From Phallusia mammillata (taxonomy: Eukaryota), in assembly GCA_965637545.1 (NCBI GenBank), contig OZ281495.1:10416001-10480000 (forward strand): a DNA stretch of 64,000 nucleotides. The letters run 5' to 3'. The notes beneath the pieces were generated by a model that was given only the letters and a program-made list of their open reading frames with translations, was not told where the DNA came from and made no database searches. Of this stretch, positions 13,401 to 27,471 are shown piece by piece; the first letter of the stretch is position 1, and every line of letters starts with the position of its first letter. Both the position numbers and the translations under genes were made by a program.

Positions 13401-15132
13401 TTCGATATTTCGACATGGCACAATCTTCTAGAATCAATTAATCAGTCTCGTGGGCAATCGAACTCGGATTGTTATGGCAACGACGCAAGTCGATGACGTA
13501 TGTCGTCGGGTTGTTTGGCCGAGGCTGAAAGGGCGTTCGCAATTTGAACTGCTCAATGCAGTTGCAAGAACGTCACGAGCTCACATTCAACACAGGAGTC
13601 TGACCCAAACAGCAGCAAATCACAATGCTGTTGATAAATCTGTTGGCAGTTCTTGTTCTCGTGCACTGCACGTTAATGTGAGTCAAATTCCATTTTTGGT
13701 TCTTGGTTAAACCTTTTGCCATTATTGCGAGTACACAATGCACGAAAGATGTGAGATATCAATGCACGAACTGTTGCAATGTGGTATACTTGTTTTAAAT
13801 GTTAAGTTTGGTATAATAACATGAATAAATATAATAACATGAATAAATGTTAGCCTACATGTTAATTTTATTGACTATGTGTCTATTTTAAGGAGTGTTT
13901 ACTAACAATCGAAAGCAAGTTTATGTTCGGTTTGACTAAAGGGTTCCTTAAAAATAGAAACAGATGCTGGCCGCTTTTTGCCAAATAATTTATTTTCCAG
14001 CAACGAATTTCTAGGTAACATCTTTTGGCTTGATGAAATCCTATTAAGGCTATGCATAATTCAATATTGGTTGGACCCGATTTTGAACCGAGGTAAAATT
14101 GAGGGAATATTTTGACATGATTTTGGGGTAAATAAAACAAAGTATAATTTTGCAAATCCTTCAGATGAAGCTTAGTTTAACTAATTTGGTCCATATTACT
14201 ATCACACGCATACACTCTGGCAACAATTATCCACAAAGGTGCTAACAGCAAACTAATTTTTTTTCAATTGTTTGTGGATTACTGGTAAACTAGACCAAAT
14301 GGAGTTAATGACCTCTGGGTTAATGCTAGCCAAACTAGGTATGCTATGAGTCTTTGAGTTGAGTTGAATTGAGTTTTTTCGCTTGGTGAAAGAAAACATA
14401 GCGACACAATGCCACTAAAACAAATCATCAACGTTATGAAGCGCAAAAAAGTGAAGGGCACAATTGGTAGATAAAGACTGAACGCGCTACAGCTGCACCG
14501 TATTATAAGGCTTATAATAAAGAACTGTGCATTGTTGTGTTCTCTTCTCTTGGCACAGACGATGAGCAAGTTAACGAAATGGCTCAAAATAAACGCTGGT
14601 ACAAGCATTGTTGGTTGGTTATAACTCGGAACGGGCTTTAAGGGGCGTCCCGCTTCGTGGTGGTGTATTGTCTGTACATCGATAACTGGAATTGACCGTT
14701 CATGCGCTGCCAATAAACTAATTACCAGTTTCCTCGAAGCGCCATAACAAAACACTATGTGTTTTTATCAAGAACTGTGTGAATTTTCAGAATTCGGGTA
14801 ACGGTCCAGAGAGTTTACATGGTACACACAATATACCCATGCATACTTTGTTAAAAAGTTTATGTTACATCGGCACAAACTGGATCGCGGCACTACTAAA
14901 AACAGATTTGTAAAAATATATGTTAACATTTTCTACACCCATGCTAAGGATAAACAATGAAGGGTCCGTCAAACCATCTTGTGTTTATAAATTTATATGC
15001 AAAGGCCTAATGTAAATTGATCCATGCAAGGACATGACGCTCGCTTCCCAATTATGTTACTAGCGTGTTTAAATTTAACACAAAACGCGACACATTAAAG
15101 ATAATGCATTCACAGCATTAATTCACACGACA

Positions 15133-18100
15133 TCAGTCAATGTCCTCAAGGGCGTTCTGCGTTTTGCGCATGCCCTCAGCACGCGTGTCCATATCTTCAA
15201 GGCGATTGTAAAGAGCCCGGGCGTCTTCAAAGCAACCTCTGGCCTTTACAAGCTGACCGACATCTTGGTACAGAAGACCCAAGTTATAGAGCAACTGGGC
15301 AAGGGTGATATGCCTGCAAGACAACAATTGAATACAAGGGTACTTCTTGCAGTATAGTCGTCACTTCACGACGCTTGGCCAACAGATTTAGCTTGTTCTC
15401 ACAGAACGTTTTAGCAATTAATGCAAATGAACGTCGCGTCCAACCAGCCAACTGATGCTTGTTTTAGTAGAAAGTAGAACCGGTTTTAGGAAATGTGTGT
15501 TAACGATGCCTAAAAATATCTCTTTAAACTGCTTTTTTAAACATGTGTGAGCGGAAATATTAATAATTACACCTCAAAATTATAAAATTTCGAAGTCCAA
15601 AATCACCCTTGTTTTTTTGTTGTTTGATTTTGGGAAAAGTTTAAATGCTTGTTATTGTTATAACAGTGGTATAGTTGGTCTGTGTATGCCTACAATTACA
15701 CCTATCTTTTGAGTTTTACAATTAGCGTATTTTCAGGAAACTATAAATACCAATTACCTGCAAGATGAACCAAATGCATCTTTCATAACTTCAATTCCTC
15801 GTTTTAGCAGTGCTTCAGCCTGATCAAACTGGCGCAGTTCGTAGTGGCCGATTCCAATGCTATTGAAGCACTCCGCCTGATTTTCAGCTTTGTAAGTTGG
15901 GTCGACTTTTGCGTGGTCGCTCTCCGCCATAAAGCCATCGTGCATTTGAAGAATGTTCGACATCGCTTGTTGGACCTTGGTATAATTACAAATAGGGTTA
16001 AGTGTTGAAAACAGCTTTTTATGTATCTTGACCACAAGCAAGGGAGGCATCCACATTTGCGTTTCATAAACATGTATTTACAAGCTGATCTGCAAACTTC
16101 CTGGACATGAACGGAAATTGGATCACCGCTTCAGCACCTAATTTACATGTTATACCACACAAGGTAAAACTATGGCCATATTTGTTGTAAGTGATGGAAG
16201 GAGATATTAAATTGTGCGTTTGAAAGCGTTTTTTAGTTAGGTATTGTCCATTTGTGATAACATATTGCTGGGACCAAAAAGGCAACATACTTTTTTCATT
16301 GTTTACTTTTCATTGGAGAAAACTTGCAGACTTATGTCCAAACCGTATGCTTGGCTTCAAATGGGGGGAAATTTGCGTGTTTGGTGGTGAAATCAAAAAT
16401 AGACGTTCTTAATCTTTTCTCGTTTAAAATTTACCCTGTTTTCTTACTTTACGCATGAAATAAATAAATTTAGCATTTATGGGTTAGTTTAACCCTGAAT
16501 GGAAACCTGTAAGTCAGAAGAAAGCGTTTACTAAAATACTCGAGTGCTTATCATTTGTAGTTCCACCTAAATCCATCCGAAAATCAAAACAATAATACCC
16601 TTAAGGTCCAGCTTTTCCCGAAATAGCATTTTTGATTAAAATTAGAATTAGTGTATTCTGTGGAAATCGATCTGCATTAGGACAACGAGACTAATTAACT
16701 TATCAGAAACTGATGGGAAAGAACGCGATCACGACAAACCGTTGGTCGATAGCGGGATGAAAATGAAGGCACGTTGATTAAATTACTTCTTGGAATGCGT
16801 TAGCCCTTTCTTTGAAGTGGTGTCATTTAAAATTACTTTAATCGAAAAAAATACTGATGCTTATGGAGTTAAATAAACCAGAAAATCAAACGTGTCTTGA
16901 TATATATATACATATACTTTTTTAGAAAAAGGCACATGTAAAGTTCCGGTTTAAATCCTACAATCAGTTACCGGTGTTGGAAGTTCCCCTTCGGAATTCG
17001 CTCCTCCCAACATCTTTATGAGCTCACGGAGCACATGACGAGCCTTGATGACGCACTCGCGCATGCGCAGTACACGCTGTTTGTCGTCGGAGAGCTTGCT
17101 GTATGCCTCCTGTGACTCTTTGTAGCGGTTGATTGCTGCACTGAACCTGCCGCTTGATTCAAACGCAACTCCCATAATATTGAGGCAGATGCCATGGCAT
17201 TGACTCTGGAAGCTTGTGTCAAGTCCGCTTTGGATCACAATGTCCGAAAACCTGTTTGGAATATAGAAAAAAACGCTTTGTACTTTTCAATGTTTTTTTT
17301 TTAATTTTAGGTTTTTTTGCATGGTTGTGATTAGAAAGTTACCTCTTTTGTGTTGATGTCGTTTTTAGTGGATGTTTTTTTTAAAGGAAGTCAAAATGTA
17401 TTGGAGTTTAACGCCAGTTGTTGTAAAAGGGGGAAAATGAATTTTAGGTTGCTGACAATTTTTCTTAAGCTTTAAGTCACATTCAGGGTATTAGGGTTAG
17501 GTAAGTGTAAAAAAATACAGTCAATTGTGTAATCTAAACTACAACTTCCCGGGACATCTATATTATGCGTTTTTTATTCACAACTGTAAAAGGGAACAGT
17601 GAGCAAGATTTCCTAACCTGTCGTACATACGCAGCATCGTCTGCAGTGACTGCTTAGTTTCAGCTGAGCCTCCCTCCACCCTATTAATCTTACTCAGTGA
17701 CTGGATAACATCGCCAGTGCCTCCAATGCACAGAATCATCCCTTCGATGCCGTCTCTTCTGTCTTCAATGGCTGAATACAAATCATTGGACATCTCGTAA
17801 AATCGCATTGCGTCTTCGTAATTCTTATTCTTTAAACTTTCTCCAGCCTTGGCTTTGGCGTTTCTCGCCGTAGCCAGTAGATTGGTTTGTTGTTTGTCGG
17901 TTTTGATGGTGCGGTCTTGGACTGGTCGGGACACCATATTGCGGATGGCTTGCTGGTAGTGGAACCCAGCACCGTCTATACGACCGAGGTTGAACATGGA
18001 GCCGGCGATAAGCTCATGCATGTAACAGTTGGTCTTCTCAAGTTGTTGTTCAAGCATTGGCAAAGCTTCGGCGTACTGGCCCATTCTGTACAACTGCACG

Positions 18101-21100
18101 GCTTTGTCTGCATAAAAGAGCAATGTTTAAAGCATTGTTTTGCACAATATATAGTCACCATTAGGTTCACTTTAATGTCGCAAAAACAAGCTCACAGTCA
18201 TTAAAAAGCCACAAAATGCAGGAAAGTACACTGCATTGTTTAAAGAGAGATACATTTTTTCCATGTCCAAAACGCGGGCAAGTATATAGCACCTATAGCT
18301 GTTTACTTGACGCAAATTACCACACTAAACATATCATAAAATTGATTAAAAAGGCGTATTTAGCGGTTAGAACATAGCTTAAGAAAAATTGTCAGTCGTT
18401 CAATACTGGCTTACCGAGTGAATCGGTGGGCCCCTCTAAGTGGATCATGGCAATCTTAATGTGGAAATGACATTCCAGCTCATATACACACAACTTGTGG
18501 CGACTGAGACCTGATCGTTCACCAACAATCATCAAATCGGCGAGTCGCTTTTCCAAATCCGCTCTGTATTCACCAGGAATGATGCCAGTTGCTAAGAAAG
18601 TAGAAATATTACTATGAGTAAAAGTCACAGGTAAATTTGGTTTATAAGCCCAAAGCCGAAAATTTATTTGAAGTTATAGTTAGACGTGAAAAATTATCGA
18701 ATAAACCAATTTGATCGACAGGCCACCAAAGAGTGTGGATATATGAAAGTCAAGTAAACATGTTAACTGAGTGTGAATTAGGGCCGAAAGTATAGCCCCC
18801 ATTCAAAAACGACCCGAAAAAAAAAACAATCAAACTACATATGTTGCATGTTTGTGAAATGCAACCCTGCATGATGTATCCACCTATTATAACTTCGCTT
18901 CCATAACCAAGATGGAATGTTTGAAACATAGTTGCTTGAAAAATCCGTACTATTATTATTCAACGACCGTGCAGATAAAATTAAAAATCGGTCATTTACT
19001 TTCCGTCAAGCGAATCGATTTACCCGACAACATTTCCTTTAATCGCATTTTATATTCTTATTGTGTTAGGTTGCCCACGAAAATGCATACGTTTGTGCCG
19101 TGTAAATAAAATTGCATTTAAAAGGAGAAATGTGTTTTTTGAGTATGGCAACGGTTTATTTTGATTTTTGCCATAACTTTACAACAGATTTGTTTACCTA
19201 TGATACTAAATACAAAACGTATATATATAACGTTCAAACTTCTTGAAATTAACAACAATATATGTATGTAAAAAATGTTTGATAAAAAGATGTAGTAAAT
19301 ACACCATATTGCACTAATTCCAAATGTCGTTGTTTCAACAGTAGCGTATTTCACAACATCATGTAGGGTTAGGGCTTTAGTTTAAAAAACGGCCTTGATT
19401 TGGCTCTGACTTTGCACTCGGCTTTCAACTTTGGGTCCAGTTCGGTCTTTGTTTAGAGAAATCGTGTTCTGACTGGGTTTCGGGGTTGTACTTTCGGGTT
19501 CGGGCCTTCGATTTCGACCCGGTTTACAACTCTGCACTAAGGTCTGTCCAGTAGTTTTGCTTTTGTTTAAACTACTTTTGAAGTGTGGGGTTATTTTTAA
19601 GATACGCACTAAAGAACAAAAACACATTTTTTTCTTATTCGCCTTACACGAAACATATTTCACATCGAAAATGTTTGGGTGCGATACAAGAAGAAAAACA
19701 CCCGCTTGGGACCAACTGGTTCTGATTTCGAGTTTGGCGTCAGTTTTATCCTCAACAACCGATCTTTGGATCCTATTGGTCAATACGCTTTACCAATTGC
19801 CATGTAAGTCACAGAATTCTGTATCAAATGTTAGGAGAAAGGTTTTAAGTCACTCGGTATCGTGATATTCCCTACCGTGTCTCTCATCGGGTCGCATCGC
19901 GCTCACACGTTCTCGAATCTTGGTGCATCGACTGATGATGTCATCCCGGATCTGACGTACGATATTGTCCATGCTGAATTGCAGGTTGCTTCCGGCTGCT
20001 AGATACGTAACCAATCGATACGGGGTGTGTTGTTATGTTTCGATTGCAATTCGCAAAAGACTTATTTTTATCCGTTGACGTGATATGTTGCACGTTTCAG
20101 TATTGCGGAAAGCAATTGAAATTTATCCATACATTACACCTAGGAATACAGTAAAGGTTTCTGAACAGATTTTGAAGTTTGTAAACCACATAACGTTTCG
20201 ACTAATCTTACATTTTTTACGAATGTTTTGGCTTGTCTGTATCTTGTTGGAAATATTATGATTGGGGAAAGTTATTTGGACAAAAACATAGTTATATTCT
20301 CCCTCTAAATCACACCACAAAACAATTTCACCTTACATAAATTTGACCTACTGTATAAGTCTGTGCAGACAAAGCATTGACATGTAGCCTAAGTCAAATG
20401 TAGACATGCAAGTTTTTTGTACAACAATGGCAAAGGGGATTTTTAGGGTCAACTCATGGGTTGTACTATCATGTAAGTTAATCACCTAGTGGTTATTAAT
20501 CGGAATGACGGTTGGTAGCAACTACTTCCATATTCGGACAAAATTTGTTTCGCAACACGTCATTTCGACACAAAGTCTCAACCACGTCAACCAGCATCTA
20601 CGCGTCGCTTGGGGTAAATGACGTCACGTGTATTGCGACAACTTTTTTTGTATACGTCAAATTGTTTCACCAAGTCTTATGATCACCTTAGACTTTCTTA
20701 TTACAACAAAAGGACTTTAGGTTCAAAGTAATGACAGATTTTTTTGTGGGCCTCTGTTAAGAACTTCGTCAACCTTCTTGTGTTAAGTACCCCAAAATTC
20801 GCATTTTAGGCTAGTTCTGCGTGTTAAATGGCCTAAATTATTTAAATGTATCTTAACCCGAGGTCTTATGTGGTTGAGTATCTTCTGATTTGTACCGATC
20901 CGGTTTTTAATTCGATTTTTAGCTTGTTTACCGTAATACTGTAACAATGAAAGGACCGCACATGGTTTGTGTGAAAAGACAAAGAAAAAATTGGCAGGCT
21001 ACTGCAAAAGGCCACAAAAACTGTTTTACCTATGGTGATAGGCTAATATGATTTTCAGTGAAATACCTTGTGGTCATATACGGAATATTAGGTTACGTTT

Positions 21101-21571
21101 TGGGCCAGAATTTGAAAAAAGAGTTTGATCCTGGCCTAACTCAAGTTAGGGTGAATTCACCCTTGGCATCTTTCTAGCCGAAATTTTTACCTAGTTTCGG
21201 GCATGATTCGGATTTTGTGTTTTGTAGGTTTGGACCTGGTACCTACGGGATGAGCCCCTATTTAATGCCCGCTTAAAAACATTTTAGGCCTAGTGTTTCT
21301 CGCATAAACAAAGAAACGGAAAAGTGGGCTATAAGGTAAAAAAAGTTAAAGTTCTACCTTACATCATTAAATGGTTCTGGTTTTGACCCTGCTTACCGTC
21401 CATTGCTGCTGGTTTGGTGTTTGGGCGGGTTCCAGTTTTTCTTTGTTCTGTCGATGAGTTTTGTCCTATGTTTGCAGATTCTCCGTTAGCTTTTACAGCT
21501 GGGCTAGAGCCAGGATTGACAGTAAAGACTCTTGCTAGTCTCATTGCTGCGTTACTAGTGGCACTTTCCAT
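15133..21571 (-). CDS. Uncharacterised tetratricopeptide-repeat protein, about 547 aa; exons 21397-21571, 19876-19998, 18415-18591, 17618-18107, 17028-17251, 16082-16137, 15758-15975, 15133-15313
   Basis: Eight exons join in one frame with GT-AG sites (intron phases 1,1,1,2,1,0,2; total 1644 nt). TPR-like helices: AVQLYRMGQYAEALPMLEQ, GSMFNLGRIDGAGFHYQQAI, CLNIMGVAFESSGRFSAAINRYKES, CFNSIGIGHYELRQFDQAEALLKRG, LLYNLGLLYQDVGQLVKARGCFEDA. Confidence 0.75.
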
Positions 21572-22868
21572 GATCGGACAAGTTGGTAACTGGTTTCTAA
21601 AGGAGACTCCAAAACAAACTATCTGTTTCGCAAACTCCCAAATACACTATGGCTGAATTCTGTCAGAACAAATATTTGACTTGCGTTACAGTAAAGTACA
21701 GTAACTTTAATTTTGTCGCAACATTTTTTGTAATATATGGTTTTTCGCAGCATCTGGATAAACCAAATGATACTCTAGGTCTAAAACACCAATGGTTTTG
21801 AGTTCTGCAAATACTTTTTTAACCAGTGGTGTAGCTGTCTTCTGTTTTAGGGCTCATGTGACCTCTAAAGTCTACCCAATGTCGCAACTGAAACAACGTT
21901 ATATTAACTGCGTTGGACAAAACATTCTCAGAGGCAATATTATCACCTGGTAACCATCCTAAGAAGTTAAGTTCTAATCAAAGTCTTCAGTTGAACATTA
22001 GCTTTCGGGTGTGAAGTTGCCATGGGTAAATCAATCAATTATAAAATCGTAAACCTGTGAGAATTTCATTAATTGAATATTTTGTTGTTGTCGGAAATCG
22101 TTTTGTCTTTCAGGATCAATAATGCGCAACGAACCAGTCATAACAATCTGAAGGCTTGCTGAATACTAGCGCTTCTTTGTAAACAGGCGTTTAATTCTTG
22201 TATGTTTTACATTGCGTATAAATGGTTGTACACACGTCGTTACTTAATGACTCTAGGTTTTTAAATAAGTTCCTGAATTTCACAGTTTCATATTTTCATG
22301 GTAAGTGGGTGCAATTGTAAGGCAAATTAGGCCACGTTTGAAGGTATCGATTTCTAACAAACTTTTTAGACAAATTAAACTACATAAAGAGCTACTGGAT
22401 GTACGGCCGTATGCAACAACTCTATACACAGTCTGTCCGCAAGCATATTCGTACAAAAAAGTGAACATACGATGCAGCATGGTTGTGACTTAATTATGTG
22501 TGTTACCCAAAAGCTCGAACCGGAGCCGAAAAGTCTGCCCGACTTACAATTCTAATAGGTCGTTTCTGCACAAATACCGACAAGTTAGGAATTTAAAATG
22601 GGAAATGTGATAGGGAAAACCATACACGCGACGTATCATAAATTTATCCTACACAACGAATTTCTTGAAATGTGGTTTTTACAAAGGTAAACATCAAATA
22701 AAAATTGTCCAAATGTAATTACAAAAGTAGCAAAGCAACCAAGGTAATTTAGTTGTACAAAGATAAAGTCAAAACACCGTAGCCCAGCAAAAAAAAAACG
22801 TATGACCAATGTGTAGGTATAACTGAGTACAGTTTTATTATAAAGTCAAATAATGATTAAACTCCAAT

Positions 22869-25800
22869 CTACTTGTCCGGCTTATTGAGTACTGCGTCAA
22901 CAATGTACAACACAGCAGCTATGAAGCCGGCTATAACGCCGCAAAGGCGCTTCCTGCACGTTGGATAGTCGAAGTTGGAGCATTGCATGTAAGCGGCAAA
23001 ACAGGAGGAAGCCGTGATGAAGAGTAAAACACATAAAACTGACCAGACGAAATGAAACATCGAAAATCCTTTTGAATCCAACCTATAGAATACACAAGCA
23101 CGGATAAGGTTGAATATTTTCTTGGTAAAATAAGATTGTGAAACACATCATGGATTTTGACTTACTTCCCTTTGGGAGCGAACATCATTGCAAAGAATAT
23201 AAGTACGGTTACACTCCATCCAATGCAGTAAGCTGCCAATGCGTAAGTTGTACCATCATAACATCTGTTTCAAAAAACAAAAACTCCGCAAAATAATGAT
23301 AGAACGCTAGTTTTGCTCTTCAGTTATACAGTAAACCAAGTCTTCTTTCTCATTTTAAGTTTGCATGTTTTTACTTGTAATCATACGTTACTCTTACCCT
23401 CCACGACACCACGAATATCCCGAATCCACAAGAAGGCTAAACGCAGCGCCACCAAACACCAGAATTGCAGTTTTTAACCATCCGCGTAGTGTCGCTATAT
23501 AACCTGCCAAAACAAGAAATATCAGCAGGGTCGAAACATGGCCGAATGGTTCGGGGCGCCTTAAATTTCGACACATTCAAAACACTGGACGCCCTGGGTT
23601 CAAAACCCATGAAAAACACAAAAAATATCCCATCCAACAAAAGTAAAAGTGTTCTTTGTCGTGAGTGTTCTTGTTTGGAAAATGCCTTATCGAAAGCCCC
23701 CCAAAATAAGTTCAAAACATGTTCGTGATTCTAAACCAGAATTTAAACCGAGTAAAAAAAGCAAAAAATGATCTTAATCTGTCTTAGAATAAAAAAATCT
23801 TTAATCACACAGCCAGTTTTAGTTTCAAACAAGCAGCAAGATGTCGTACCAACGTTGGCTGGGGCGTAGGTTCGTAGAAAGTACGATTCCACTCCGTATA
23901 AGATGACTGTGACGAAAGCAAGTGTTACACTGGCAACTTGTTCGTTGCACCATTTGCTGTAACAGAAAGTTGTCGGTTAAATAGTTGTACTGTATGCTAC
24001 TGCAACTCGCTGTGTCGAATTATACGTGATAAATATCTAACATCGGTAAACAACTTGTCTACAATTATCTATGTTGATTTGCTTTTAATTTAAATCAATT
24101 AAATACTCGTAAAAACAAGTTACACTAATACATACGTAATTATTAAGCATGTCAATCAGTACAAGTGCAATTAATTGCAAGCAGATTTTTAGCATTAAAA
24201 TATATTCGTAAATTGGGTTGTTTTATTGATAACAGGCCTCACAGGTTACGTTGTATCGTTGTTACTGCACATAGGCTACTTTGTGTTGTGAAATTTCTGT
24301 TTTTACTTCCTAGAAAGTATGAAACTCAAACACTCTCGTTTTAGGATGCCATTCTTAAAACAACGCCCATGTTTACTTTACATTAATCACCTGCTAACAG
24401 TGCCACTTATATGGAATCCCGCTATTTACTTAGTTACGAACTTACGACATGTATTTTGCTATAAGTAGAGCCCATATGCTTTACAAGTCAGGACCTATAA
24501 TTCCTTTTGCACACGTAAACGCTTTGGAATTTCGTCAAAAGGTGCCTAATTCGTTCATCATCAAATTGTGTTGATTACGGTATGTCATAGTTTTGCAACT
24601 TTTTCATTTTAGAGCAAATGAAACACGGTATCAAACATAGGCTAAACAAAGTTGCCGTTAAACAAAGTTAAAAGTAAGTTAGATTAAACATAGACTTAAC
24701 TATTACAGGCTGTATTTACTTAAAGGGTACATTTTGGGGGAAATTTCGACGCATTTGAGCCGGGTCGATTCGTATTATCAAAACTAGGTAACGTTAAGTT
24801 TATAATCATTTTTGCTATCGCATCGTGTTTCTGCCACTGCTCATTGTCCTTACCAGTTATCGCACACATTGCAGTTGATGTTGAGAGCAAAGGCGATTGA
24901 TGCCGCAAAGAAATGAATCGTGCTCAACCAGGACCAGAGAAATTCGAATCCAACATACGTGCAAGATCCACCGCAGTTCATACGACTCGATAAACCTTAT
25001 GAAAGAAATCAAATAAATACACAACGACAAAATTTTAAAATTTGGACACAACATTTTTTACGCCGAATTGGCGAGGATAAACTGGGTAACTGGTAAAATC
25101 AATGTAAAATTGTACGTTTTCCTGGTTTAAAAGCATTTTATTGGTAATTCCTTACGAGGTGTGCGTTATTTTGCTTTAAGCTGTAACTGGGTTGGCAGGC
25201 TGGCGGCCGCCCGGACCAAACAACTTTGCAGTACCTTGAAATCTTAACCCAATTTCAAAATGTTTTAAAAGTTAGAGTTGTGCTAATAATATAAGTTACA
25301 AATGTAACATAAAATAACTGTTGTCAATTTACGTAGTTAAAAAGCTATCGGGATTTGATTTTAACAGCGAATTAATAACTTAAAAGCAAATAAAATATAA
25401 ATAACATCCTTATTTGCCAAGATGTCTGGTCCGTGTAACATCTAGGTGTAGGTAAATACGGCAAGCAAGAAGCAACTCCAAACGGGTTCGCGAACCATGA
25501 ACTACAACAACTGTATTAGGCGTTAACAGTAACAAATATATTAAATTCAGCCATATACAGGAAATTATTATCCAACTGCGGCAGTTGGAAAACGATAGGA
25601 TGTATGTTTAATTGGAAAGTAGAAACGGTTTGCCATTAAACTGTATGCCACACAAATACCAAGCCATGTTTTGTTTAAATACAGACAGTATGTTTTTATA
25701 ACGCAAAAACCCTTACAATAATTTAACACAAATAATAAATGTTAAAACTAATAGATAAATCTACCATAGTAATACAACCGTAGCAAACGTTTATTTCGTC

Positions 25801-26096
25801 GAATTAAGTTGAAAACAATTGTTGCAAACAATTCTGTGTATTTCCCAACAAACCGCTGAGAAATATTGTTAAAAAACAATCAATATTCTGTTAGTGTTAC
25901 CTATTACATGAAAGAAGTAGAATAGAAAGGAGATACTAAAGCAGATAATAAATGCTGCAAAAGCCCATGTTTTCTCCGGTGGACTCTCATAAGCTCCACT
26001 GTCCGCCAGAAGGGCAAAGGTTGTACAAGCAAACAACAACACAACCAGTTTTATTAATCCTTCTTTAGAAATCGCGTACTTTGGGCCTGACTCCAT
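22869..26096 (-). CDS. MYADM: MYADM-like tandem MARVEL-domain membrane protein, about 287 aa; exons 25901-26096, 24854-24995, 23850-23956, 23398-23503, 23166-23264, 22869-23082
   Basis: Six phase-consistent exons (864 nt) encode about 8 hydrophobic segments in two homologous halves (YAISKEGLIKLVVLLFACTTFALLADSG versus YIATLRGWLKTAILVFGGAAFSLLVDSG). GYIATLRGWLK recalls MYADM GYMATVPGLLK. Confidence 0.75.
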
Positions 26097-27182
26097 AGTT
26101 CACTCTTAGTTCTGTGTTACCTTCATGAAAACCAGAATTAAGCTTCAAACAAAAAATACAAAATATCCACAATTTTATGACTGTAGCAAACGTAGCCGTA
26201 TCGAACTTTATATTTAGCTGCATAAAACAAGACTCAGACAACAAATTTGTCTTGATTATACCTCGTCATAATAATGTTACAACTCTACGAATAGGCCTTA
26301 AATCTGCCCAAATTTAATACCATGCACTTAACGTTTGAAAAAAGCACAAAAAAACAACTTTTATCGACATAAAAATAAAACTTATAGTGCTAGCTCATAA
26401 ACGCAAAAACATTTTCGTAAACAGTAAACTCATATCAACTGAAAGCATTCAACCCTGTATCAGTAAAACCCACATCCAAATGTGTACCAACTACTAACGG
26501 CTTGTTTCACAACAAGTGTTTGTACTGTAGCTAAGCGGTTGACGCCGAGCAGCTCACCACGCCCATCTGACAGCATACAGTATCGGTTCGGAAAGGCCAA
26601 ACTGTACTGTTTACCTATATTTGTTTGCCGAGAAGGCGTTCAACATATCGTCCCATGAGACAGGTTGTCGAATTCCATATCTAAGTATGCTTGTGTTAGC
26701 GCGGCTATTTGGCAGCTGCCACCCATCTTTACTTCAGGCAAGTAGGCTAATTGTTCTAATTGTTGTGGAGCCATGAGCCCAAGTCGCTATAACGTGTTTC
26801 AATTCCACTTTGAATGGGGCCAACTAAGTGCCTATACAATTTAGTTAAAAGCCAATCGCATTTTTTCAGTTTGTTCCTAACTTCCGAAATTTGTAATAAA
26901 CTTTTCTTTCTTTACAATGTTTTGCCTTTGAAACTAAAATATGCAGAACCAACTGCGTACCGTACGTTAATACAAGTGGGCAAACTGTAAATCGCGTTTT
27001 ATTTATTTATACTTGACTTTCGACTATTAGGCTAATGATTGTTTTCACAAATACACGAAAACTAAGAGTAAACCAGTAAATAAACATCACTCAGTCTTAT
27101 TGTTTTCAGTTTTTAAACTAAAAAGATTTTCGACTTAAATCAACCCCTAATGTACCTTAAGGCGTTATGAAACCGAATTTAA

Positions 27183-27471
27183 TAGTGATGGGACGGGTAT
27201 TCGGTATCGAACGATTTCAGTGGTATCAATACTCGTACTCGGTATCAAAATATTTTGTCTCAGTTTTCGATACCAACATTCCATACCGAAGGCCGGCTTA
27301 CACTATAAGAATACGGAAAACTTTTTGCCAATATATGCTTCAGACAGTACAAATTTGGGAAAAAGTTCCCCTAGGTTACGTATTTTTTTTTTTCGCTATC
27401 CTATGGAGATTACTTTTTAATCGTACTCTGTATCGGTACTCGCTTCAAAACCTGGTATCGTCTCATCACTA
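27183..27471. mobile_element. Non-autonomous hAT MITE (289 bp, TAGTGATG ends)
   Basis: TIR tagtgatg(g/a)gacg; perfect 8-bp TSD gaatttaa at 27175-27182 and 27472-27479; subterminal ggtat/atacc repeats. Confidence 0.9.

Noticed and set aside
19366-19380. TTAGGG-like strings (also near 10326 and 17488)
   Set aside because: Only 1-2 units each, so not an interstitial telomeric array.
21120-21135. 16-nt match (agagtttgatcctggc) to the bacterial 16S 27F primer site
   Set aside because: The flanks show no 16S similarity and it lies in an intron of the TPR gene, so it is best treated as a chance match.
26527-26600. Pol III A-box-like TAGCTAAGCGGT followed by a weak B-box-like GTTCGG
   Set aside because: No cloverleaf can be folded and there is no second copy in the window; at most a decayed SINE, not supportable.
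24720-27160. TTAA-flanked inverted ends (ttaaagggtacatt / aatgtaccttaa) suggesting a piggyBac/Kolobok-type element
   Set aside because: The match is short and imperfect, and the interval contains two ordinary host exons.
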